A DNA stretch of 64,000 nucleotides, from positions 29,264,001 to 29,328,000 of the forward strand of contig CM114271.1 in NCBI GenBank assembly GCA_050084515.1, given 5' to 3'. This document shows, piece by piece, positions 38,329-51,983 of the stretch; within the stretch, counting starts at the first letter, position 1; each line of letters begins with the position of its first letter. The notes below the pieces were generated by a model. The model did no database searches. It had not been told where the DNA came from and saw only the letters and a program-made list of their open reading frames with translations. A program made the position numbers and the translations under genes. Origin of the DNA: Blasia pusilla. Taxonomy: Eukaryota.

Positions 38329-40279
38329 AATTTGATTTGGCCTTTTTTATTGAAATTAAAGCATCAAGGACATCGAAAACCAATGTAAGCCCAATTGTTT
38401 ATTGGGAGGGGCCAGATCATCAACTCACCCCGATGGATATAGAGAAAGTAATCTTGATTGCATAATGCGACCACGCACCTAGAGATTCTACCTACTTCAT
38501 CGCGCGCAAAGAATGAGCTTCGGATCGGCCCCTTTTAAAGTCTTAAATGACGGGCGACTTCTTTAATGGAGAGTCCAAATAACGTATTTTCTGAAAGGTA
38601 ACATTTCAAAGATATTTTTAGCATTTTTATCCACGCCATCATTAATTCATTAAAAATTATGACCAGCGAAAAAACTTTATCGGTTTCTAACCATGGAAAA
38701 GTGCTAAAGCCCACCCGCGCCAACTTGTTGAAGTCAGTTGGACAAACTGACCGTAATCCGGCACAAAAGATAGAAAGATTTACAAGCCCTTCAATCGTAA
38801 AGCGCTCTTCCTCGGCGTGCCCTTTGGGGCAACCAGGATTTTTAGTATAAGGTGAAAGATGCTTGCCAATAGTGTGACTTTATAGTAAAGGTAATATCCT
38901 TTTCAAGAGTAACAACGAATTAGCAAAATAGGGTTACTATTGACGGTTCATTAGAAGAAAACAAGTTGTCTTTTTGCAAAGAGTTTTTAAAATGTATCAT
39001 CTTTTTTCTCTTTTTTTTCTTTTGATAAAAAAATTATTTATTTATTTATTTGCGACGGGCCATGGATGATTAGCTCAGATTAGCTCGGAAAGATCGCAAC
39101 CACCTGCAAAATGTATTTTTTTTTCGAAAGTTACGGATGTTTAGAGGAGCGGGAGATCTTGAAATAAGGTCTCCCACTATGAGAAATTAGAAAGAAGTAA
39201 CCACCGTTGTTCCAATTTAGACAGGATAATTCGGAAAGAACTACGCCAAGGTACATATAACAATGGTATCAAGATCTTATTATACTTTGAGTACGTAAGG
39301 TACCGATCAAAAAGATACAAGGACAAACGTTTTTAGTTTCGGGTATTTTAACTTTGAAGATTGCTCTTCTAATCTCCTTGAAGTCCCTAATGATAATTTG
39401 TAAGGTTAGCAAAATAACTAGTAAGATGCAAAAGAAGACGGTGATCTTCAATCGAATATGATGGAAGGGACCAATTTGGGCTAGGAGCCCCATATATTGG
39501 GCTCACTGGGGTTTCATACTATTTTTCCAATGATTCACAACAACTTCTAGCCCTTGTGTTGGGGTGACGTCTCCCAAATAAAATCCTTGGGTTAAATAGG
39601 ATAGTTGTCCCCAAATGCGGGGTCTCCAGAAGGTTCAAGGGCTACCCTCCATTCCTGGCAGCGATGAACCGCTTTAAGTAATTGTGTTTTGTATTCATAC
39701 ATGGCAGTTTTGTATTAAAAATTTTTGCTTTCGCCTCAAATTCAAGAAATTTTGTTTTTTGTGATGGATTGATTTGCTTTGGATTCCTCCTCAATTCCCA
39801 AGATTTTATTGGTTGTCTCGGCACCGCTTTTACCTAAGATATGGCAACCCCGTGAACATAGCAAAGCAAGGTGCTCCTACTATCGTGGTCGATGTCAAAC
39901 CCTTGCAATATCAAATCATATTAATCAGAGAAGAAACCCGCACTTTGTTTTGTCGACACCACAAAACCAAAATATTTAAAAACAAGGCCCCGAAAGGGGC
40001 CGTCGAATAATAAAACCCAGATAATAAAATAAAAAAGCGCCATTGAGCATATACATAAGGATGATATAACATAAAAACATCTTGATTGTAGGTATAGCAC
40101 AAGATCGAGGGAGAGGTGCATAGCACTCGGCGAGAAAAGAGCTTCGGAATGCCACTTTTGTCTTGAGGGCGGACTTCTTTAATAGAGCTAAATAATTAAT
40201 GTTTTTACAGGCTAATTTTTACTTTTTGCCATTTATTTATTTTTGACCAAAAAACTTTATCGACAAAAGTAATACTTGT

Positions 40280-40389
40280 TGAGAGAGGCAATCCATTTCA
40301 AATAAGAACCTTCAACACGTAGCAAAACCTTCAGCAGATATTGTGTTTTTTACAGTCTGTCGCTTTTAACCACTGGGAGGCCACTTCCC
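40280..40389 (-). pseudogene. trnY: Degenerate mitochondrial tRNA-Tyr(GUA) with several short insertions
   Basis: GTGGTTAAAAGCGACAGACTGTAA..ATCTGCTGAAGGTTTTGCTACGT..AGGTTC..TGCCTCTCTCA. Confidence 0.7.
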
Positions 40390-40542
40390 TAAAATTTTAA
40401 GTTTACAAGTTTTAACCACTTTCCGGTGCCACGGGACTCTGGTGAAAAATAGGTCAATCCACGCTGTAACGTTGTTCCTTTAGACTAATTAAACAAGTAG
40501 CAGGATTACCGTTGGTATATATTATTATTATTGTGCACTTTA

Positions 40543-40616
40543 CGCATTCTACAGGATTTGAACCTGTGACCTTCAACTTAGAAGGTTGTTGCTCTATCCA
40601 ACTGAGCTAAGAATGC
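40543..40616 (-). tRNA. trnR: Mitochondrial tRNA-Arg(UCU) copy within the NUMT
   Basis: GCATTCTTAGCTCAGTTGGATAGAGCAACAACCTTCTAAGTTGAAGGTCACAGGTTCAAATCCTGTAGAATGCG folds as a cloverleaf with anticodon TCT. Confidence 0.9.
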
Positions 40617-43600
40617 AGTACATTACTAACCACTTCGCAAAAAAAGAGTGAATTCTATTCTGGAGAAGCTTTCTTCTCTCCCGCTTTATTCGCATCGCGA
40701 ATGAAGGTTGAAAGAGAAAGGGTCGAATAGAATAAAACGAACAAAAATATATATATTTTTTTTTGCTTTGCGTTTTCTTGGTTTTGATCAAGTTCAACAC
40801 ACGACGAAATATAATGCATTTTGTATTAAAAACAATTCTGGAGGAAATTCTAATTCGTGTTTTTTGTATATTGATTTGCTTTAGTTTTACATAGTTTACG
40901 TGTTATTGGTTCTCAGAAGCCTAAGATGGCCCCGGGGCGTGGCGCAGAGTGCGGCATAACGGATAGCATATAGGACTTGTTATATCATATAGAATACACG
41001 AAACTGAAGTTTCGTATACATATAAATATTTAAAAATAGCATATACATATACAAAAACTTCAGTTTCGTATATATATATATATAACTTCAAATAGCATAT
41101 ACAGAAACTTCTACAGAAACTTCAGTTTCATTTATAGAATCGTTTTTCACATTCGTTGTCGAGGTGCAAGTTGAAAGAATTTATGGAAAGAAGCCGCTGA
41201 AGTTACTATCTAGTTGCAGCAGTCATAGGCTTTTATGCGCTAATCCGCGTTTATTATACCTATGTGATTACCCTCAAATTTTGTTTGAAAGTTATTCATT
41301 TCTTCGGAGTGCCAAAGTTAGGCCGCGTATTGTACACGTTTATGTTTTTCTTTTCTTACGCGGAACGACAGCGCGTACTGGACCTTTCTGAGCCTTTCAT
41401 TTATTTATGGATAGTCTGCGTATTTTGCAGTTGATACGTTCTAGGCTTAATTATAGCCTTTGCCGTTCTTTTGAGGTTTTCAATGATAAAGCAATTTGTA
41501 GAACACTTTGTAGATCGGGGTTATGTGACAACTCACATCGGCGATCATCCAGCAGCCACAAATGTCGTGCTGCCGGCTTTAAGCGTTGTATTATTTGATA
41601 GAGGACTCGACTAGGGGCAGGCCATCAAGAACAAGATGGATGCAGCCAATTATATCGAGTCGATGAAATCGTCCAATAAGGAACCAGACCCGAAGCAAAT
41701 AAAATATTTTTACAACAACGGCTTTCTCTATAAGATGCTATTTGGAGATAAAAATAATTTGAAACGGAATTAAAAGATAATGGAAGAAGGAAGAATGGAG
41801 CTCGGCGCTTTCTTTCTTTTGGACTTGAGTGATCACCAAAAAATTAAAACTTGATCACCAGGTGAAGTGGCCGGAAACTCTAGTAGGACCCAATGTAAGA
41901 CCAAGGACTAGGACCTAACCGACGTTTCCATGGGGACGCGCTCTTAATCTCTCCTTTTATTTTAAAATTCTTGGTCCTTATCCCCTTGCTCTCTTCAGAA
42001 CATCTCTCATATTTCCTCAAAATTGAACTCTTGATTTAAAATTTCAAAAAGTACCTTAAAAATATTAGAAAAAAGATAGACCTACGTGATTGGTTTTAGT
42101 TTGACTAGAAAAGGGATACATTGATAACATTTTCTCCAAAAGAATCCTTTCTCTATATTAATTTTCACTTTTCTTTTAATGAATTTAATCTAAAGGACAC
42201 ATTATACAATAAATTATAAAAATAGGGAAGAGAAAATGTGCATAAACATAGATAATGACTCAAACTTAAGGCATAAAAAATTATTTTAGCAATGCCTCTT
42301 CTTCCAAAAAATCATTATGATAATGACTCAAACTTAAGGCATAAAAAATTATTTTAGCAATGCCAAAAAAATCTAGGGAACGTCTGCAATAGATGTTTTC
42401 AAGCATTGTTTCATAATCACAGTTTTTTAATAGTGAGGAGATCTTTGAAGGTTGTCAAGGTTCCAAGAGAATGGACTTGTCTGTCCATGGGATGGACTTG
42501 TCTAGAAAATTTTGGACATGCCATTCCACACCCATAGTTGCACAAAAACAGACATGCACGTACAAGCCTAGACATGTCCATGAACATTGACTGCAAGAGT
42601 TGGGATTCACACTTTATAGTTCATGATGGAATCCAAGGCAAGTTAGAGCCCACATGGACAAGTCTTTTCATAGGACAGATGTAAGCCCATAGACATAGAC
42701 ATATCCGCGGACACAGACTGTATCCACATGCAACCTTGCCCACATCGTGCCCAAGTTGATCCGCATTCGGCCCGCGTTTGGCTTTTGTTTTGTCCATATG
42801 GGTGAGATGTGGGACGAACGCGAGCGGGATGCAAGTCCGTATGCCAGATGTAAAGGATGTAAGTAAATTTAAAAAAGAAAAAAAGAAATTCAAAATCAAA
42901 TAAGATAATGACCGCATGTATATAGGGTGTAGGTGTTCCCCTCTCTCAATATCCATCCCTTTTGCACGAACATATCCATGCCTAAGACAACCATAAGTTT
43001 ATAGACACGGACTTTATCCGCGTGCAATCCTAAAGATCATGAAATAATATTTTAAAGAACAAAAAAACCTGATTTTTTGGAGAACCTCACTTTCTCTTAA
43101 ATAATGAATTTCATACCAAATTTTACCCTTGATTCCATGCATAGAATTGACATTACCTTATGAAGAGCTAATATTTTAGGGGGGAATTTCATCCAATTTT
43201 GGGAACTCCTATATTTTTCTTTAGAACGTAATTTTTGGCATCTAAATTTTAAACTTTCTAAAACAAGTCCAAAAGTGATCGGTGGCATGGCAAAATTCTC
43301 CTTTGGTTGTAGCTTGTGTCTTTCTTTCATGTATCTTACAAACATTCCAACATGGAAGACGAATAGGAAACGAGGACAAATAAGTTATTGAGATTTTCCT
43401 TTACACATTTCTCACTTTACTTTTTTGTTAGTGGATCTCAAACTTCTATCCACAATGAAAGTAAAAGATTAATTGTTTCATCCCTACTCTCATGAAATGA
43501 TTTTAAGAGGAAGGTTTTACCGAATTCAAGTCTCTAAAAAATTCACTACATATTCCACGAATGAGGTATATAAGGCCTACTTCTGAAGTTAATATACATG

Positions 43601-44516
43601 TCAACAATTTCTAATTGTATTTTAAAATTTATTGGCTTTTTCTTGTTGACTAATCATGGTTCAAACTATTTTGTACATGTTATATGTCAAATTTTGAATT
43701 TAACTTTGATGTGGACAAGTTCTCTCAAAAGAAAAGTTGTTGGAAATTAAAGAGATTTTTCCATTGTTTGTGTCATGGTATTCAAGAAACTGAGCCTATT
43801 TCAAAATATGTGATAACTAGTGTGAATCACATACCATGCACGCAAGACCAACAATCACGTATATTCATGCTGCCCAAAAAATTATTATTTTTCCTTTCTG
43901 TGTGAGTTTAACTTAGCACTATTTATTTTTTCTTGTTGCCCTATTGCGAGATGTTTGCAATCACGAAGCCATCCTCTCTTAATAGGAAAGATTCATGAAT
44001 CATGACCATATTATTGTTAAGAGATTTGTCTATTTTACTTGGACGAGTATGTGTACTTACAACTATTGTCAACTAATAGTAGCATGAGCTATGCATAAAG
44101 CAAAGAATGATATTGCCCATAACAATTATCTCATTTCATTTACTATGGAAATATATTCTTGTTTCCCTTTGGCTTAGCCTTACACTCCAAGTCAAGTAGA
44201 GACTCTCTTCCAAATAAAAAATCTTTCCTCTCTTAAATTTATAGAAAATATGAATACAAGGCCTTACCATAATTAATTGAAAAGATTCAAACCATGTTAA
44301 TTTTTTTCTGAAGGGATTTAACAATTATTGGGTCACAAAAAATTCATTTGCATAATGCAATTATACCAAAATACGATATTTAAATTCGTTACTTGATCAA
44401 TTTTGAACATGATTGATGGAACATTGTCACATAGAGTATACTTGAATTTATGCTAGGCTTAATGACTAATATCTTTAAACTCATATGGTGGCATAAATTC
44501 AAGTAAATCTTCTAAT

Positions 44517-47500
44517 CTAGAGGGGTTTCAGTAACTTCAACTCCCTCATTCGGGGAAATGTATCTATCAGGATTTGCAAACAAGTACCTAAAATGAGCAG
44601 AATTCTTCCACAATATAACATCTCCTCATAATCAGAGGAAGGTCCTTCTAAGGCAATCCTCAAGACAACATCTAAATACTTTGTGGTCAACCTATTACGA
44701 GATTTAGTCTTGATCATGTTTTGAATGAATGAGAGAGCCTTTTCCATTCAAAACATGATCAAGACTAAATCTCGTAATCGATTGACCACAAAGTATTTAG
44801 ATGCTGCCTTGAGGATTGCCTTAGAAGGACCTTCCTTCTGAGGCATTCAAGTCATGAGTTTCCATGACAAAATTCATGGTAATCCTAGCTATCTCCGAGT
44901 TCACAATGCTCCCTATAGTGCTAACATCCACAAACTTGTACTGAAATGTCTTACTCAAATTTGCAAGCATGGAAAGTATGTTAGCCAAAAAGTAGAGTTG
45001 ATAGATCATTTGGAATGATCTCAACCTGTTAAATAAATTTGCAACATTCCCGTCGTCTTCTGAAGGGGAAATATCTCTAAAGTATGTCAATACTGATTCT
45101 AGAGAATCACACAAGGTGGTCATAGCTTGCCGACGGGATAACCATCTAATCTTGTGGTATCTCTTCATAACTCGTTGGGAGTCATTGAATTTTTCCTACA
45201 ACGATGCTAGAATTTTTTTCCTCTTCGACGACCTTCTAAAGTAACCAGCAACTGCATTGAGAATCGAATCGACTTCAGAGGATATGGACTTGCAATCAGG
45301 AGCTTTCGCAGTTGACAAAGCCGCCAAATTTGTTCTATGGGCTACACAATGAACTGAAAAAATATAGGGATTTACCTTCTGCTTCATTTGGGAGGCCACC
45401 CCTTTCTGGCTACCTACCATTGTAGAAGCTCCATCTGAACCAAATGCTATCATTTTGGAGAATTCTAACCCTCCATCTTTGATAAGTTGCAACAAACCTT
45501 CAGTAATAGCATTGGAACATTTTGATTCGCAACGAAGTCGTCCTAGAAAACAACATTTTGCTAGGCCCTCTTCAATGAAGGTGGCAAACACAACCAAATG
45601 CCCTGTTACAAATATGTCAGTTGACTCATCGATCATAATGCCAAAGAAAGGAGAGGCTTGAACTCTCACAAGACTTCTTCTAAACAGAACTTGGCTAATA
45701 AAGTAACACATCTCACTGCAACTCTTTTCATCTTGATATAAGTCTCTGGTAATAGGGGCATTGATCGATAACATTAACTTACAAAGGCTCGGAAATTTCA
45801 AAAATGGCATAGCTTCCTTTGCAAGGAAGTATGCGCACTTAAACAATGTCAATAGAGCGATTTCACAAGTGCGGTTGGTGGTGGCAATGGCCTTGGCCAT
45901 TGACTTCTTACCCCCATGTGCAGCCCATGCAAGCTTGATGTGCTCGTTGGACTTGGCATGATCAGTGAAGGATGAAACCTTACAGTTTATTGCTCCATCT
46001 CTGGAAAACACACTCTTCCCTTTCCCCTCCTTACAAACTTTACAAAAGATTCTACCAAGAGTTGAGTCCCACTCAATCCAATCATACATCGAATACCATA
46101 CATCCTTCCATGCTACACGAACTTTTCCAGGTACATCTGCACTGCTTCCTCACGGAGGAGGCTCATCTCTGTCATTAGATGAGCCAGACAATGCGATAAT
46201 GCCAGGCTCGTCATTGATTTGTTCCTTACCTAGGAAGGATGTCATTGTCTTTTGTCTCTTGGCCATGTGCACTACTGGACACTGGGCAGCTATCTGGACT
46301 ACAATCTGAGAACAGAAGAAGGGCTACTACATGGGAATAAGCTAGAACAGAGGAGTTGCAATGAGCTCGAGAATTTCTCGAGGAGAAGTTGTGGCGGCGG
46401 CGTGGCTTGGAAAGGCCCCGGTTAATGTAGGCAATCTGCGGAGCAGCAGAGCAAACCGATGCAAACTTGCTGCTAAGAAAACAAAAAAAAGAAATACATC
46501 CCGGGTGCTTGAGAGAACACAGTCTGGGAACAATCGAGGGCAGCAGCCTTTCCAAGAGTGACGGACTTGCCGCACATTGAGCGGCCCCGCCCCCACCCTG
46601 ATCCCTAGCAGCAACGCCACCAAGCCCACCGAAAATGACCAAGACAAGGCTGCCAAGCAGCAATGCGAGCAACAAGCTTGCAAGATTGGGTAGCACAATA
46701 GCAACGAGATGGAGCGCCAGGAGCGGAGTTACAAAAGATTTCGCAAAAGGAGAACTGGACGTGAGAGACAAGCACTGGAGCAGCAACACGAGACTCGGCT
46801 AAACCCTTAACAAAATGGAGCAGCAGCGCGAATGAAGTCTTTGAAGGCCAGAAATGTGAGCAGCGAGCGGCAAGCTTGCAGGATCCAGCAGCAGCATTGA
46901 TAGCTGAATAGCAACGCGAAACTCGGGGAGAGACGGCCAATCGGGCAAGGCGAATGGCAGAAACCCGAGCATCGAGGCGGAGCTGCGGAGCAGCAAAGCA
47001 GAGCCGCGAGGCAGAGCAGCGAGGCGGAGCAGCAAGGCGGAGCAGCAAGGCAAAGCAGAGCCACGAGCCGCGGAGCAGCAAAGCACAGCCGTGAGGCTGA
47101 GCAGCAGGGCGGAGCAGCAAGGCAAAACAAAGCCGCGAGACGGAGGCGCAAGGCAGCAAGGCGGAGCAGCGAGGCGCGAGCTCGGGAGCAAAGAACATGC
47201 GAGGGCGCAAGGCGGAGCAGCAAGGCAGCGAGGCGGAGCTCGGGACTCGGGAGGGAGAACATGCGAATGAGGCCCCAGGGGCCCGCAGTGGGGTCTCCAC
47301 CCCACTGCGGGCCCCCAAGGGGTATGCCACTTGTAATTGGAACCGTCCGATTCAGATCGGACGGGTGTGCTTATTGTGCCCTAAATGAGCGGACCGTTTA
47401 GATCCAGCCGTCTCCTCCTTAGCGAATCCTGACCACTCATACTTTTCCGGCAGCCGGCACCTGAGGCGGCAAAAAACCGTCCGCCGGTAATCGCACTCCA

Positions 47501-47714
47501 GCCACTAACCGGTTTCCCTACTTGGACGACGCACTTTCCGACAACTTCCTGCCGGGAAACAGTCAAATTCCGGCGCCTGGTCGGCTCGCCTGCCAGTTGC
47601 CGGTATGTACCCATTTTCACCCGGAACTGCTGCCGGGAAGTTCTTCTGTTCGTCGGAAATTTCAAAAAACTGCCGGCCGGGGTTACTCGTAACCCCGGAT
47701 CTCTCCGAACATTG
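44517..47714 (-). mobile_element. hAT DNA transposon (ZNF862/Tip-like transposase, about 44517-46250), internally deleted
   Basis: TTF-type finger WIEW..IFCKVC..DHAKSNEH, FFGIMIDESTD, FGSDGASTM, VHCVAHRTNLA, IRWLSR, and dimerisation tail KTKSRNRLTTKYLD. GC-rich leader with a candidate terminus CAATGTTCGG at 47714; the left terminus was not found. Confidence 0.85.
46840..47250. repeat. GC-rich low-complexity repeat (GGCGGAGCAGCAAGGC-like units) in the hAT leader
   Basis: Many imperfect copies of GCGGAGCAGCAAGGC, which generate spurious overlapping ORFs. Confidence 0.7.
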
Positions 47715-50700
47715 CTAGGGAGCTCTAGGAGTGGGATGGACTTGAGTGCACATGCAACCTTGGCATTCTTTCAATGTAAAGGATGCGTGTAACTATCTTT
47801 GAATCTTTCCAATATTCTGCCATTTTCAATATATTTTAATAAGTAAAATTTTCTTAGGCCAAGATTTTCCCAAGATCTCAAATTTTATTGGTTCTATTAA
47901 AGAAATTTTATTGGTTCTTGGATCTAGCAAGGCTTACATACGTGTCCTCCCATATGGACTTAAAATGTCAGTTATCTGAATTTAGGAAATGCTCATGCTT
48001 TAACACCTTGCGTAAACACTATCCCATTCACATATTATATTATCATCTAAACCTTTAAAATTAGAGTATTTCTTATTTCTCAAAACAGATAATCAGTTTT
48101 AACTCTAATTATTTTCAAGGCATGTAAACATAGAGTTGGTTTCATTTGGTGACAGCATTTAATTGAGAGTCTCAAAAAAATCTTGTTCCTCTTTCCTCTT
48201 AGGTACATAAAACATTAAAAAGTCTCTTTCCTTTTGAAAAGAAGAAATTTCTAGATTATTTTACACACATGCTCCCTGAGTTTAAAAACCAGAATGATGA
48301 GAAAATCTAAAATCTCATGTGCCTTCATATGAACTATCTATAATTGCATGCTTACAACATCACTTAAGTAGGAATTATAGATTGATAACTTGGTTGTTTT
48401 TTACGCCTCCAAATCAATATATTATAGATTGATAACTTGGTTTTTTTTTACGAACCTCCAAATCAATATATTATAGTCATGTGCTTTTTGCATGATTTTG
48501 CAAGTTCATACCATGACTTACAACTTAGGCGGAAAGAAAAAATTTGAATTTGTGCAGGATGATTACTCCTTTCTTCTCTCATGAGGGGAGGAAATGAGCT
48601 CCACGTAGAGGGAGACTATTCATAACTTGTAAAAAGTGGACAAGTGATGAGATCCAGATAGAGGAAGACTTTTTAAACTTAAAAGAAGTGGACAGGGGAT
48701 GAGATCCACGTCCAGGAAGACTTTTCATAACTCGAAGAAAATAGCTATGACGACGATTCGGGAGGTTCGGAAAGAACCGAATTCTTTTGTAGAACCAACC
48801 CGACGAAATTCTGAGAATTCCGAAGGAGGTCGGAAAGTTTCCGAAATTTGAAGGGGTGCAAAAGTGAGATTTACTAAAAACATTTGTCAACTAACCAAAT
48901 TTTATCCGAAAAACCGATCACTTATAATCCGACTAATCGCAGAACTCTTCCCGAGTCGATTGCGTATTACGCTTACAGACGAGGGAGGCGGGTCAGGGTC
49001 CGCTGGGCTCTGCGAAGCCAGCACAGGTTCCTTGTTGCCAGGTAGAAAACACCCCTTTCCAAGACCCGGCTTGGCCGTAGCCACTGAAAGGTCGTCAAGT
49101 GTAGGGTGAACCGTTAGGGACAGGGCATAAAACAGTTTCTCGTGGGGAGCACGTCTGAACCCCAAACGCAAAACACGACAGAATGGCGAACCGGCTCAAG
49201 TCCGACTGTCCGACTCGAGGCTAACGGGGGGAAAGTGTGGCTCGAACCGCAGTTATACTCTGGGATACGGACGAGAACGAGTCAATGGTTCCCGCGAGTG
49301 AACACATGTATCTGGCACGGTGCCGATTCGCTGAAAGTCCTGTCTCGTGAGATAAGCGCATATCGATTTAACCTGAAAGTTACGAGATCTTACCGAATCT
49401 GACGAGTCGAGTACTTTTCGATTTAACACGAGGAATTCACATGGAGTTACTGAGTCCGAGGATCAAATCATGAAGCACGAGAAGATAGTGGAGCCTCTTA
49501 CAAACAAGCTAAGGTCAACGAGCAGATCATGCTCAATGCACTAATTAAGTGATACGAGAGCATTAGGGAGGAGGGTTGTGTCCGTTTCGAACCAACGAGA
49601 GCAAAGATGCACTTCGATAAAAACGAGTGATGGAAAACCCATCGGCAACCCTAAACCAACGAACAATATTTTGTCTTGGTTCTATTTACGGAGTGGGGTT
49701 CAGATGGTGTCGACTCAGTTTCATTCCACAAGATCATCATCGTAAACGCTTTGATGGAACGTGTGCTTGCATGGTCAAGATTGACCCGGTGTAACAGGGG
49801 AGTTTAGTTGATGCGCGCAACCTTGGTTCCACGGAATAAAACCAGCACCTCGCATCGGCAGACTCGCCACAATTGCCGAACAAAACTCGTTAGACCCGGT
49901 CAAGATTGACGCGGCGGCCGACGCGGTTGGCTTTTGAAGCCGCAAGTTGGAGCAATACAATGTAATTATTCAGGCCTTCCTCTAAACCATCAGAGTTCTT
50001 AACACCACGGCGGTATTCATCTAGAGGAAAATTTGTACGTATGTATATGCAAGGGTTGAGCGAATTAGGCATATCGTTGGCAAGAAAGGGATTACCGTCT
50101 AAGGGCCGATGCACATGAAGTAACGGACTGGTACATGCACCGATAAAAAACTCTTGAAATAATTTAACCTTACAAAACATGAGTCTTGAAAGAACTATGT
50201 TTACGGTTGGTGGTGGTGTCCATGAATGAATAGTCTCACAAATCATGCGTCACAAACCAAGGCTCTACATGCGCTTAGCAATTAATTAATTGGACAACTC
50301 GTAGAGACTGTTGCGGGAGGAGTTGATACGATAGATCACGTGTCCAAATGGAGATTCTAGTATGGGTGGAAATAAAAATTCTTCAAAGGTAATAATAATT
50401 AAATGGTTGTTGTCACAATGACAAGAGTCGAGACTGATCGTGACAGCTCATGACTATGGTCGAAATTGATTGATCGTGGGAATCACACATGACAAGGATT
50501 GGGTGTGATGGAAAAAACTAGTTCGAGGTGAGCTAGTTTTAAGCATTGAGTTATTAGAGGTTCTTCTTACACTCAAAGTCTTTGACGAGTCTCGAATTAA
50601 AACCAAGCATGCCGTGAAAAGAAAACTCATACTTGACAACTCTGTTGCTGCATTGGAGTCCCTTCAAGTTATTAAATTCCACGTTTAAAGATGTTTTTCC

Positions 50701-51983
50701 CCACTCAAAAAGAGGATACAGAACGAAAATTGGTACTTTTTAAGTGGCCAAAAAGCAGGGAATAGAAATAGACCTATGTGATCTGGATGTCCACGCTGAC
50801 CTGGATGTACACGCGGGGGGCGTGAACGCGATAGGAGACTGGGCCTAAAAAGGCACCAGGGTAGGCCTAGAAAATAGGCACCTAGGTAGGCCTGGAAGAA
50901 TCTGAGCTCAAAAATCGCGTGGTGTCCTTGAATCCCGCAACACTTACACTCTCTAAACTCCCGTATCTTCTCCACTTGCAGCTGTATGTGTGCATTGCGC
51001 TGCGCCGAGGCTGCGTGCTCTCGCAGCTGGCATCGCGTGGAATTTAATATATTAAGTACGTAAACATGCGAAGAGGTGTGCTAGACATATCAAGCGCGTG
51101 TGAAGATTTTCCAGAATCGCAGCTTGCCCACTAGAATGCGCGCGAATGTTGTCAGATCGATTACCGCGGCCGCTAGCTCTGGCTAATTGCACAGATCAGT
51201 TTTGAACAGTGAAATTCTCCGATGGAGCAGATGAAACTTAAGTTTGTACTGGAAGCTAGCTAGATGGCTAGCGGACCTTTTCCGCTCAAATAAACCTTCC
51301 GTAGTTCTACCTACAGGCTGAATTCCCGAACTCTCCTCGATCGAAAAGATTGATCTTTCGTGTTAAACAATAATTAAAATGAATCTACGTTAACATTTTC
51401 TTAGTCGGATCGTAGACTGCGGGCAACCTGGGTGTCCACGAAGAGTTGCAATGCGAGGAACTTTGACTCGATCCCATACATGTGTAAAGTAGAACTGGAC
51501 AGGGAACGTTCATTAATTATCACTGGGACATGTATATAAGGAGGTCTTCTCGATATCTATCAGACCATGACGTGCACTAGCCTGTACGTTTTGCACTCCT
51601 GAGCTCGGGTAGTGCTTAGGCCCCTCGCGTTCACGAGTACGAGATCAGATCTCAGCTGGCTAGCGTCTGAGGACGCACAGTAGTGGAGCTCTGTGCAGAA
51701 CATTCTAAGTTTCGTCTACGCTGGTACTCTTGCAGTTGTACGTTTCAGATCATAATAGGGCACTAACCTTGCAGCGAGAACCCAAATATTTGTGGAATCA
51801 GACTCCTCGAGATCAAGAGCACAATTCATCGCAGTCACAGACGACATTCGCGAGATTATGGGGTGGATCCGGAGCTAGTACAATTGCACTAAGCGCGCAC
51901 GCCTTGAGACACAGTCCGATCCGGACAGGCGACATTCCACTTGCGACTTCAAAGCCAGCGAGAGCGTCAAGATCAATTCCAAA

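Larger units (their letters stand above)
35600..41150 (-). other. Nuclear insertion of mitochondrial DNA (NUMT): trnR-psi trnY-...-rpl5-rps14-rps8
   Basis: Recognisable organellar genes with frameshifts, a group II intron, and AT-rich spacers with short GC hairpins. May extend to about 41800. Confidence 0.9.

Noticed and set aside
35600-41150. The window being genuine mitochondrial genome
   Set aside because: The genes are frameshifted and flanked by nuclear TEs and a spliceosomal-intron gene.
42250-42364. Exact duplication of about 46 bp (similar cases at about 8025-8145 and 48375-48475)
   Set aside because: Ordinary short tandem duplications with no sign of function.
46226-47388. Several long overlapping ORFs
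   Set aside because: Products of GC-rich low-complexity repeats in the hAT leader.
48750-48960. Possible small MITE (also about 55060-55290)
   Set aside because: Only imperfect terminal repeats and no convincing TSD.
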